64,000 bases of DNA from Eledone cirrhosa (taxonomy: Eukaryota): NCBI GenBank assembly GCA_964016885.1, contig OZ024746.1:43028001-43092000 (forward strand), written 5' to 3'. The notes beneath the pieces are model-generated. The model was not told the origin of the DNA, searched no databases, and worked only from the letters and a program-made list of their open reading frames with translations. Each line of letters begins with the position of its first letter. The first letter of the stretch is position 1. The translations under genes and the position numbers were made by a program. Shown piece after piece: positions 13,060 through 25,523 of the stretch.

Positions 13060-13618
13060 GGTGGCTGCCAACTCGTTTTCGAGTACGGCCACTACTTTAT
13101 ATCCATGTAGGAGAACCCCTACCGATGCGCTGAACAAGTGTGACTTTTTAGTCCAGCCAGCGACTTGAAAACTCTGGTACAAACACTACACTTGTGACAA
13201 TTATTGACACATAGTGCTGGGCCCATGGTACCATGTGACGACAAGTGCAGAGAGATCTCCAGATACAAAGCAATGCCTGTGCCGTGAAGCTTTTATAGTG
13301 AGCAAAGGCACTGCACAAAGCCAGTCCCACTCTCTTAACCAAGATGATATTTACCAAAAAGAAGAACAAGTCAACATCATTGGATACCATCAGGGTTGCA
13401 GGTGTTATATCAGAGTTTTCCTTCTCCTAGAATTCTGCCTTGACAAATGCTAAGGGGTCATCTCTCCCGGTGATTTTGGATGGCCATTGACTCTTTAGAT
13501 CTCCTTTGCCCTTTGATAGGTTTTGTTTTTAGTCCTGCAGGATGTCCAAAGTCACCCTCCTCACCAAGAAACCTTGGTGGGGTTGCCAGTTTAGTCGCCA
13601 ACGACCCAACCATGAGAC
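13060..13618 (-). mobile_element. Bipartite non-autonomous RTE derivative (5' UTR fused to C-terminal C2H2 finger and tail)
   Basis: RTE 5' UTR-like ctaggagaaggaaaactctg (13430-13411) and ggcgactaaac. 13211-13119 translates [30 protein letters not shown]. Tail hairpin ctcg-aaaa-cgag; flanked by (TA/CA)n. Confidence 0.7.
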
Positions 13619-13789
13619 ATACATATATACATATATATACATACATATTGCCTTCTATTTCTTCATGTACATGGCAGACGCCCCCCACACACACCCCCAC
13701 CCCCACCACCACCACAGGGTGATGGTGGCAGGAGGGATGAAGAAACACACACACAGATACTTCTAAATTGTCAGCAGCAGCAAAACATA

Positions 13790-14222
13790 AGCTGACCACA
13801 ACACTACCAAAATAAGGGTAGAGGTCAGATGTACTTAACAATAGCAAACACAAACACTACAGGGAGCCTCACCCCAGAAAGAATTTCTATAGACTTTGGA
13901 CTGAGGAATGCTCTCAAAGCTGACCAATGGGAACAGTGACCTTACAAATCTTTATAACATTGAGATGAGTATAAGACACACACACATTTTATTCGATTAT
14001 TTTATTTTATTTTGTTCCTTTACCATCTTATTCCTTCTACCACTTTATCATTTTTTTTAGCTGACTCCAACAACAACACCACTACCAACATAAGAATAGA
14101 GGTCAGATGTACCTAACAATAACAAAAAACAACAACTACAGATTGGCTTGGTTCAGAACGAATTTCTATAGACTTTTGACTGAGGAATGTTCTAACAACT
14201 GACCAATGAGAGAAGAGGCCTT
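13790..14222. repeat. Diverged direct repeat pair of about 150 bp (13790-13943 and 14059-14222)
   Basis: Shared tagaggtcagatgtac.taacaat and gaatttctatagacttt.gactgaggaatg...ctgaccaatg. Confidence 0.85.
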
Positions 14223-17200
14223 TGATGCTGAAATTCGTTTGTTTAAATTCATATGATTCCAGTTCCTCAGTGAAATAACAACCCAACCAGGAACTGGGCA
14301 TATCAGAGTATTGACAAAGTTATACACCTCATGAAAATACAATAGTAAATACAGAGTAATGTGAATATTAAAGGGTTATAGTATTGTTTATAATGAAACC
14401 AACAACTCTGGTCAGATTACCAAAATAATGCAGTAAATAATATGAATTAAAGTAAATATTGGCATAATCAATGTAATGATATCTCTTTAATTTTTATAGA
14501 ATTACAAAACTTCATTCCTTTCTCTGTTGAACTCTTCTATTGAACCTTATTGAACACCTTGGTATTAATGGTTCCCCAATATGATCACAACCTGGTGAAG
14601 CCCGATATAATCATTAGTTTATATAGGATATACATATATGTTTGTTTCTTAATGCAACCTGTCAGTATGGAATTTTTGAAATGTATTTTTACTTCTTATT
14701 AAACTGTGGTTATCCTGTAAAGTTTTTACGTTTTTATCTCACTACATTGATCTGTTTTAAAGTTTATTTTAAAGTCGAAATAAATATGACAATATGGCAA
14801 AGTCTTTTCTGCAAAATATTATGAGATGGAAAACCAATTTCAAATAGCTGAAAAAGGTTCTAATGTACTAGCAGATCGTTATCTCCTCCTGCCTATCTAT
14901 ATCTTTCTTGTTCTTTATTCAACTGCATTCTTTTCTCTAGTGAATTACTTTAATTAATAAAACCCAACCTTGTTGAGTATCATGATAGATATGATAGCTA
15001 ACCATGGACCATAGCCCACTGGCTGGAACACATCAAAGAGTAAAATAGCATAATCTTTTCATTTTGTAACTGTATAATTATTTAAGCTATCTTCTAGTCT
15101 TCTAGTTTAGACATTTTATCTGCTGCCCCAAGCTAAACTAGCCACTGATAGGCTCTATCCATCTTTTGCCACGTGGAGTGGAAATTCCTGTCAGTTTACA
15201 CATTGCACATGGTGAAAATCTGTGGTCCCCTTTCTATTAATTCTGGTATAACCAAAATTCCAGTTATGTCTTCACACATTTTCCCCTGTACATTGACAAT
15301 CTACTTCACACCACCTTCAATTACAACCACTCTTATGCAGTTAACACCACACTTCCTTTTCTCTAACCCTCAGTGCACAAGTGTTATCTCCAGCTAATCA
15401 AGAAACATCACATCTAACCTGCATGAACTCCATGAATAAGACCTTTAAAATATTATGCAAAGGATCCCTGTCAATCTTGTTTCCTAGAAACAGCACAATG
15501 ACACTATCACTGTACAATATCAATGAAACAATATTGCATCTCTTCTCCAAGACATCAAAATTATGCAACAAAATCCCTTAAGCTCATTGCAAACCTTAGG
15601 CCTCATAATCATTAATATATCCTGCTAACCCTAACCATAACCTACAACTGGACTGGTACAACTGCTACACATACAAATATTCAAAACCACATACCCTACT
15701 TAATATACAATACAGAAATGCTATCTCCTAACTTTGTCTCTTCCACCACAAGGGCTGGCTAGTCGACATATGTGTACTTAATACACTGGCTCCTGCATCC
15801 CTTATCACCCTTATTACATCTATTCCTACCAGGCCGGGATTGTATTCAATCCTTCCTCCTATCCAGAATGTCAGTACCCTGGAATTCTTTTTTTTTCAGT
15901 TGCTTCTGCAGTCATTAAAAAAGAACAATGCTCACATTGATTTCATCATAGACAAAAATTGATATATTCTTCATAGACACATAAAGAAGTAGCTTATAAC
16001 AAGCTGAAATCTGAATTGAAAGATGCTAGTAATAAAACTAGAGTAACCTGTCTACTTTCTCATTTCATATAAAATATCAAATTCTTCAGAATAATTCATT
16101 GTGTTAGCATGATAAAACTTATACATTTATAATCTTGTGCAGAACGCAACTTACAATTTGGGTACAAGTCTTTTGATTTTAAGGTTAAAATTTTGATAGG
16201 TTTGTGTTTGTTCCTGTAACAGTGGAGAATTCCAGTATTCTTGGTCCCCTGTCCACAACCATGCTCACAGCTTTCGAAGTGGAGTTGGTTGAGATGGAGT
16301 GGTTGTTCCAAAGTGTCTCCTCTGTTGTCCTCTGAGGCAATGTCTTCTCCATCCTATCAGACAGAACCATGAGGTGAACAACCTATTAGGGCATGAGAAG
16401 TGTGGCAGTCTTCAGACTAAAGGGTTACTAATTCACAAAATTACCACCAAACTTGCTGGTTCTTCGATATACAATAGGTAGACAAATTATGGCAAAGAGA
16501 AACCTGAGTAGAATTGGTTGAGGTTTGGTAAGTGGAGTAATTGAATCTACTTTCAAAGGGAATTTATACATTAGGTCAGCTTATATATCACACTTTATTA
16601 TATTTAAATTTCCACTGCTACTCCCTCCAATATTTGTTATCTTTGTTTATATGATTTCCTACCCCATTTAATATATGTATTCATTTCTCACACACAAGGA
16701 CACAACTTTATAAAAGAAAGGGAATGTTTGAGAGATACTCATGCCATTATCTCTGTTATAAATGGTAATTCATAAATGGTTGGACTGGAAATTAAAAGTT
16801 ATTTAAATAACTTACTTTTCAGAAGCGTAACTCTAGTTCTATGGTGCTGGCCATTTGACCTATGTATTCAAACAATGCCTTATTACTTCTCTATCATATA
16901 GCATATATTTTTGAGCATTCCAATTCCATAATTTTAAAGTACATTAGACACATCTTTCATTTTACCTAAATATTACAGCAAATTATTGTTTCTGTGAGAT
17001 ACATTTATAATACATGATCATAAAACTGCTAACATGAAATACATACAAGCTTTCACTTGGGTATTTGTAGATTTCAATAGATGATGCATTAACTATTAGA
17101 AAAGGTGACGTTTCCAGCTATGTTTACAAGATGTATCTCTCATTTTAATATAACCTACATTAAATATGCAAAATAATTTGTTAAAAAACTAGCTTTAAAA

Positions 17201-19804
17201 ATAATTTTTTCTTTAGTTTTAGTTCATGTTGTTTGCTTTTCTTTAACAACTGTAGTAATAAGTGGCCTTATAAATATTTACCTTAATTTAACCTTCTGTT
17301 GTTAAACAACTGGCTCAATTGAATTGACTACATATCTAAGGAATTTACAGTTTTAAATTTTATCCTAATATTTTATTTAATTTTACCTTTGCAATTCTTT
17401 ATTAGAAAATCCTAACAAGTTTAACTCTCTGCCTTTAACTCTCTGAAAATTCATATGTATTCCTATTTATCTTTAAAATCTAATAACGTTTCTGGATAAT
17501 TATAATATACTATTCATTAATTCCATCATTCAAATAAGTCTTCTCCCCACTCAGTCTATTGTATTGTATTATATATTTAAAGACTGACTGTCCACCTGCA
17601 ATTTGTTTTTCTCTCATGGCAGACCTTATCATAAGTGGTGGTCTTTCCTTTCAATAACAGAATCTCCAATACAATTTACTTGATATCATTTCTACTAAAT
17701 ATGTGCTCATCAGCTGGAGCAATGCACTGGGAGAGTTAAACAGGTGTTTCTAACTTTCTCATTTATGCTTAACATTTCCACATAATCCTTCCTATTGACA
17801 CCCACAGCAAAGTCATGTGATTGATTAGCAAAAACCACTCATTAATACTCTACATTTTCCCCACCCCTGTTTACCTAAGACTTCCATTTTACCTTTCATT
17901 CTATTAACAAACTTTGACTCAAAGTCCAACACCACAGGGACTTTTATCCCAAGTCTTCTGTTTAATACTTTCTCCCCAAAACCTAATCCCAAAGAAGTGT
18001 AAACTGAAAACTAACTGTATAAACATCACTAAACTGAGAATGACTGCAGAAAATATGGATGCAACCTCTTCTTGGAATAGATAAACATAAAATGCACTCT
18101 TCTGTTTGGGAGATGATAGTTTAAGATGTTTACTTATGTTATACATAGTTGAATATAAATCTTCTCAAATGTAAACTATTTCGGTAATTATGCTTCTCTA
18201 TTTGTATAATTTAAATCTCAAATCATTCTTTTTCCCTGCAAGCATGAACAAAATGGACATAAAATGACGATGATGATGATAATGTTTTGTGCTAGATCAT
18301 ATAGTCTTATGGTTAAAGACATTCTAGTCATGCCTAACTCATCCTTTGTCAGGCATATGATGGTTATCTTATCCTCATCATGTGTTGCTAAAAGTATTTT
18401 CAAATGATAGCTTCTATTAGCATCTATTTTCTAATAACTATTCCATTTATATTTATTTGAAAGATAATTATAAATAAATAAATAAATATACATATATATG
18501 TGTGTATATATATATATGTGTGTGTGTATATATATATATATACATATAATTAATAAATAATTTGAGTTTTCACCATTAGAATGTTTTCAAATTTAACTTC
18601 ATTATAGCTTTCCTTTTCTATCTCCTGCTGTTTCTATGCTTAAGTAAACTTTTTTTTATTTAGCATTAGTATATATGTCATTGTGTCTGTCATTTTCAAC
18701 TATCATATATTTTCAAGTGAGGTATAAAAGACATAATTTAGTAAGTGTTCTTGTACCAATTTTTTAATCAATTAAAGTTAGAACCATTATGAAAAAACAA
18801 AAAGAAAGTAGTAACATTAATGACAATTCTTGTCAAGAAAGATGACGGAAACAACTTTAGAATATAAATTAATCAAAACTGAAATGAGGAAACACAGTCT
18901 GATATTTATAAGTACAGTGTCAACTCCAGCCCCAACTACTTGAATTAAAAAATATATTTTAACTAATTCTGCAAGAATTTTACAAATAGTCATTTTGGTT
19001 AAATTTTATAACAATCTTATCTTTCTCTTTTCTTTGCTACTTTACGATCAAAGGTACAATAGCCATCACAGTTCTACTTATTGGAAATTGCAACAGTTAT
19101 AGTGCATCATCTTTTATCAATTCTAATTGCATTTCTCAAGCTGAATCAGAATAGTAAGTATTTGTCAATACTGGTCTTATCATTCACTATTATATACATA
19201 AAGACTATATGTTTGCTTTCCTCTTTTATCCCAATGTTGATACATTTAACATTTCAAGTTATCCCTGGTAAAACAGAATCTCCAATTAGTGAATTCTTTT
19301 TAAAGTTCGTTATATGATCTTCTGAGTGTAGATTTACCTTGAAATAGAGAACCCAAACAATTGTAATCTTAAAACATCCTGATCGTTGACTCGAATGGGG
19401 GAAGTAATATTTTATGTACAGTAACAAGAATGAGAGAAGTATAGAGAAATTCTTGCTAGAAGAATTTTGTCATCATTTGTAAGTGTATTCATATTCTAGT
19501 TGCACTGAAGTGGCATAAATCAACTGAAAATGCTTATTATAATATGAAAATGGATACTGATTCCATTATTTGTTAATTGAGACACACATTTACAATTCTC
19601 TAGGAATGATTATTTTCCTGCCTTTCTTATCAATAGATATGATTATACATAATTAGAAGTTCCTTCCACATTTGATAATCAGAAGAAGGGAGGTAGGTGT
19701 AAAAACCAAACTCACTATCTTCAATTCGGTATTTGTGCCAACCCTTTCTTATTATCATGAATACAAGTGTCCACATAGCTAGAATGTTTCAGGAAAATAA
19801 AACA

Positions 19805-19973
19805 AACTACCATGAGACTCAGGGGTAGACCCTGAGCAAGATGGTTGGATAACATCCATGAGCATTGGCTGGTCATGCTTGGGGATCCAGCCGGATCAGT
19901 TGGAAATGGTTGCTTCTGACAGGACCCGCTGGAAGGAGTGTTTGTGACCTCCTCAAGAAAAAGAAGAAGAAGA
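19805..19973 (+). mobile_element. RTE-c 3' end, (GAA)n tail
   Basis: agactcaggggtagaccctgagcaagatggttggataacatccatgagc; homologous to 600-755, 7190-7240 and 58985-59185. Confidence 0.75.
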
Positions 19974-21859
19974 CTTTATCTTCTCCCAAAAGCAAAATAA
20001 TTATAGAACCATTTTTTTGTCAATATTATGTATGCTATTTTGACCTGATATTATTGATAATACCACTTTCATGATGTTGGATTAATTAAATGATTAATAG
20101 CTTGCTAGCACTGGTCACAATGGATGATATCATGATGTTATGGTTTGCGAACAAAAAGAGGTTTTACAAAATTTCAACTCCAATAATACAATCAGTGCAT
20201 ATTGAAATAAGACTATAGAAAAAAATTACAAAACGGGTAACTTGGTGAATTGTTTCTGAATCTTTAAAGATTTATATAATGATAAACTGATAGATTTTTC
20301 TTGCAAGAAAAGCTGGAATACACACAGAAATAAATAACAGAAAATGAAGAATAGTTCCTCAAAGCTTCATCTTGAAACAAAAAGACAAAAATAAATACTT
20401 ATTTGAAATAATAAGATATATGTATATATTTGATATTAGATCTGATTTCAGTATGGTAACTGAAAAAGTAAGAAAAAAGAAAGGTATTATTATCCCGGAT
20501 TGAGATATTTCAATTTAGATGTGATTTATATCAAATATACCCCAAACCCAGAAAAAAAGAGAAATTTTCAACCACTTTATTATCAAAGTGATAATTAAAG
20601 AAAGTATTATCAATAATACTTATAAAAGTATTAATACTTTGCTTTTCTACTTCAGATATTATCACCAATGAAATATATTATTACTAAATGATGAATACAA
20701 ACATTATCAATAACTTCATCCTTTAAAACTATGTATAATCTTTATATTGGTAATTGTGTTTGACTTCTCATTTCTGCATTTCATTACTAACATGAGTTGA
20801 CTTTACATTTCATTTCTCCAAGATTGAGAAAATTAGTACCAGTGTTATATTGGAGATAATCCAATCAATTATGGTTACACTCAATGCATGGTGTGAAGAA
20901 ATCAATAGATTCAACCAAGATCAGCTTTAGCTGGCATCTTCTGGAGTCAATAAAATAAAGTACCAGTGAAGCACTGGAGCTGATATAATGGACTATATCA
21001 TCTCCCAAGTTAGAAATCAACTTTAAAGTGACCAAGAAAAATTGTCACTTTCAGGATTAAACTCTTTCATTTCCCTAGCATTATTAATACATTTGGTTAA
21101 GATATGAACCAGAGAATATATATGCTCCTCATTCTGTATGAAAAGTGTATTACATTGATCTAATCTAATGTGAATAGCCGTAAGTGAAATTAGAACATTT
21201 TCCTATTTATTTAATACACAGTTAAAGTCATATCACTATAATTATTTCATTACTAAAACATTTGGCCACTTTAAGCTCGCTACAATAAATAGTTGATTGC
21301 ATTGTAACATATAATTATCTTTTTTCCTTTTTAATTATTGGAAAACCTCCATGTAATAAACGATTTTATAAAAATATTTTTTCTAATAAAGTTGCTCATC
21401 TCCTAAATGCTATGATAAAATAACTATATAGACTTTCATTGTTATAATGTCAAAACTCTCAAATAAGAATATATTGGACAAAGTCTCAAGGATAGAACAT
21501 AGAAAAGAGAATTAGTATCAGAATGAAATATGGTAGGTACTTTTTACAACATCTACACATAGGCTACTGAAAGTAACAACCAAAATATTGCAATTCCTTA
21601 TTTGAGATTGTTTTACCTCACTTTTATAGATTGCATAAAAAGTGGATATTTTCAGTAGATTAAAAATCCCACATAAAATAATTTTCTTCTATTACTAAAA
21701 CATTTATGTTTTGTTAAATTCCCCAAATCTAGTTTCGAATATTGCTTAAATAAATATTTTAAAATTATAAAAATGTGTAACATTTTTATAATTTTATATT
21801 TATTTATTTTATATTTTGTAAGTGATATTGAACTCACTGTCTCAGAGTAACTACAGTCA

Positions 21860-22760
21860 ATTTGAATAGGACTGCATGGGGTAGACACAGGTTCTGTAAA
21901 GTTTATTGAAGGCAACCCATCGAAGAGAGCAATCCCTTTAAATTAAAACCGACACAGGGTAGAGAAGTTTCTTCAATCTTGTCGAGAAACCTTTCTACTG
22001 GTGGTGGTATGAGGACATACATCCTATCTACACTGTAAAGTGGTTGGTCATAAAAAAGGCATCAAGGCAATAAAACCTCACCCAAAATAAGATTCCACAG
22101 CATATAAGATTCACACTAAATACAAGATTAACACTAGAGGTGTGGCTAATTAAATTGTGAATGAGAACCCCTCAATCACCATTAAGCAATTGCACAGCCA
22201 CCTTCCTTTTCATGCATAGCCAAATTAATATTTTCAGCTAACACATTTCAGGTCTGCCCTTCTAAATGTGGACAAACAGAAATGTAGATCCAGGGAAATT
22301 GTTGGAATGCTCAAAAGGAGACATGTGGATGTGTGCTGTGTAGAAAGGGTGTGCTGTAGTGGTGCCCTAGCAAGACTACTGACAGTTGAACAGTATAAAT
22401 GTAAGCTTTTCTGGATAGGAAAGGGCGACGAGGTAGGGGAAGTAGGCATTCTACTGGCTGAGGATAGATAGATAAGGATAGATAAGGTAATTGAGATAGT
22501 TAGAGCCAGTGACAGATTTATCAAGTTCAGGCAATAGAATGACAAGTATCACTTGTTATGCACCACAAGAAGGACTAAGTAAAAACCAAAAGGACTATTT
22601 CTCTGAGGAACACCTACCAAAAACCTCAGTAACAAATGACAGATACTTCATCTTCCTAGCTGGTAATTTTAATGCACATGTTGGACATCACCAGAAAGGC
22701 AACACTGGAGAAGATTGGTTATGGCTCAAGAAATGACAAGGAAGCAAGATTCCTAGGTAA
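21860..22760 (+). mobile_element. RTE LINE 5' fragment: 5' UTR plus degenerate APE endonuclease
   Basis: LLNV..SREIVGMLKRRHVDVCCVE, GVGIL-like, CYAPQEGL and AGNFNAHVG are RTE endonuclease motifs. Upstream ggcaacccatc...ttaaaacc resembles RTE 5' UTR. Confidence 0.8.
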
Positions 22761-23502
22761 TATCATATTATTACCTCCCTTATATCTGACAAGATCTTGT
22801 ATATAAAACAACATTTTGCCATCTTGGTTTAGTCTGAAGGTAACTGAACTAGCAGATATAAAATATTCATGTTCTATGCTGGTTGAAGTTTAAAACCTTA
22901 GGTAGAGATCTTATTCAAATTATTCAAATAATATTCAATTTCCACCTACCAGATTACACTTACAAGACATTGGTAAACCCAAAGTTATGGCAGTGGACAC
23001 TTACATAAGAGGTATAGAACCTGAAACATTTGACTGCAAACTTCTTAAATCAACAACCATGCTTGTGCCAATTTAACCATTAGCTATTACTATAAAGAAT
23101 GAAAAATTAATTTCTGTATGTAAATATTAAATTCTTCTGCTACAATAATAGTTACTGATGTAATTATTTTTGAACAATATACAAAATTGTTATTTGCTTC
23201 CAATTAAAGTCTTTTGTATAGAAATTTTAGTTACAATTCATATCATGTCCCTTTTCCAAATAATGAGTTTTCTTAAAATTCCCGACATGAATAAAAAAAC
23301 ATTGTGTTATCTGCACAATAATGAATAAAATTAAACTGAAAGGAAGCTTTTGTGATAGTGTTAATGATGAAGAATGTAGATGACCCAATTTCCTTTTTAA
23401 AAAATTGAATGGAATTGAGAAGACAACATTTTGCAATCTGCAATAAACATTGAAATATATATTGATATGAATATGAACATGTATGCACGCACACACACAC
23501 AT

Positions 23503-23869
23503 ATCATCATTTCATTTTACGTCCACTTTTCCCTGCTTGCAAGGGTGGGACGGGAATTGATTCTGGCTTGATTTCTACAGCTGGATGCCCTTCCTAACAC
23601 CAACCTCATTTACAGTGAGTGCTGGGTGCTTTTTTTTTTTCCATGGTACCTACACGTCCACTTTACAGTGTGTGCTGGGTGCTTTTTTGCCGTGGCACCT
23701 CCATGACCACTTTGCAGTGGAATGATAGGGACCCCAGTCCCTATCATCTCATTTCTACAGTTGAGTAAACTGGAGCAATGTGAAATAAAGTGTCTTGCTC
23801 AAGGAAACAACACATCACCCAGTCTGAGAATTGAACTCACAACCTTTCGATTGCAAGGCCAATGCTCTA
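23503..23869 (-). mobile_element. SINE-B with RTE-a tail and an extra internal unit of about 50 bp
   Basis: Colinear with 11781-12125. Confidence 0.92.
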
Positions 23870-23915
23870 TAAATATATACATATACAAATACATATATGT
23901 ATAAAAATACACACA

Positions 23916-24346
23916 CTGGCGCTAAGCAATAATACAGATGACCCACCTTGCCTATGTTCAAAGCAAAACCTACAGTCAGTAGGCACCTCTTAACCAAATA
24001 TATACTCCATCCCACTATCCCTACTCCACCCACCCCCACCAACACCACCCTTTCTCTTTAAAGTTATGTTGGTACCACAACATCCAGTCCAAAATAAATG
24101 AGGTTGTGTAGGTGTCACGTCAAAAAAACACAGTCCACGCTGTAATGAGCGCATGTAGGTAACACGGTAAAAACCGCCCAGTCCACACTGTAAACGTGGT
24201 TGGTGTTAGGAAGTGCATCCAGCTGTAGAAAACCTGCCAGACAGTCCTATACGAGTGAGACATGGTCACTCAACCAATCTTGCCTCAAGTGGGACAATTC
24301 CCATCTAAACCCATGCTAGCGTGGAAGATAAACGTTAAACAATGAT
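23916..24346 (+). mobile_element. RTE-b LINE 3' end (last codons plus 3' UTR)
   Basis: Colinear with the reverse complement of 31220-31740 (cagtcagtaggcacctct, aaagttatgttgg, aggaagtgcatccagctgtagaaaac, cccatgctagcgtggaa). Confidence 0.85.
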
Positions 24347-24528
24347 ATATATATATATATATACATACACATATACATGTAAATATATATAGAGAGAGAT
24401 AGCTAACAATATCTGTTTCAAAACGTTTTCAGATTAGCAATCTTGCAAAACAAATACGAAAATGAAGTATACATATATATACACACACATGCTAGCATGG
24501 AAGAACGGATGTAAAATGGTGATGATGA

Positions 24529-24586
<58 letters not shown>

Positions 24587-25423
24587 ATAGTTTATTTAGG
24601 CTTATTAAGTAGCCTGTTACTCTGGAGATTTTCAATTGAAAATCCCCTCGTCCTCTTTCATCTGGAGGCTCTAAGATAAATGCAAAATATTCACCAATAC
24701 AACATGAGTCATCTTTACTCACTCGTAGATTTGAATTGCCAGCTTTGCCTCCACGAGAGGCTCAAAATATTATACCTAAGTTACCAAAGTATCAGGTGAT
24801 GCCCACGAGTGTGCTTGTTTGTTCCACTGCTTTAACCTTGCTATCACCCATGGTAATGCTGCCAGTATGTTGGCTTACCTAAAAAAAATATTAGAGGGAG
24901 GCCCCAGCTCTCCATGTGGTGTGTGACCAATTGAAACACTTAATGTCGACTAATTATTTTCTATCATTTCAATTCTATATTTTCATGTGAAATATTCATT
25001 TAAGTAATACAGACATATCTGTGTATGTATTGCATTTTGAGAGCTATCTATATTGTCAGCATATTTGTTTGGGAAAAAATGTGAACTTTGCTATTATGTA
25101 ATTTCATGTACATCGTTTATTTCAATATAATAAATTTTAAAGTATTTTGAAAAAAAAGTGTAATATTATTTTAGTAAATTAGCTGTCATGTTTTTCACAT
25201 AGAAAAAGAAAATGGAGTGTAGCCAATCTTGAGATATTTGAAGATGTGTTGTTGTTGCCATGAACAAAACTCTCTTTTTTAATTAAATATGTTAACAAAA
25301 TTTCTGCACATAAAGCTTCACTCCATTTACAAGTACCACTAACAATTAATATTATTAGTAAAATCCCCAACTTACTGCTCAAAATATCTATTGAATATAT
25401 ATATATATATACACACATACATA

Positions 25424-25523
25424 CAGGGTGTTCCAAAAAATGTATACACACTTTGATTACGTGTACAGGCAATATTTATTAGAATGCTGTTGAAGTGTGT
25501 CTACATTTTTTGGGGACACCCTA
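25424..25523. mobile_element. Tc1/mariner-type MITE (100 bp)
   Basis: Imperfect TIRs of about 30 bp (cagggtgttccaaaaaatgtatacacactt / aagtgtgtctacattttttggggacacccta), with TA on both sides. Confidence 0.8.

Noticed and set aside
21838-21935. Minus-strand exon candidate (GIALFDGLPSINFTEPVSTPCSPIQIDCSYSET, donor GTGAGT)
   Set aside because: It overlaps the RTE 5' UTR remnant on the opposite strand, and the peptide is unrecognised.
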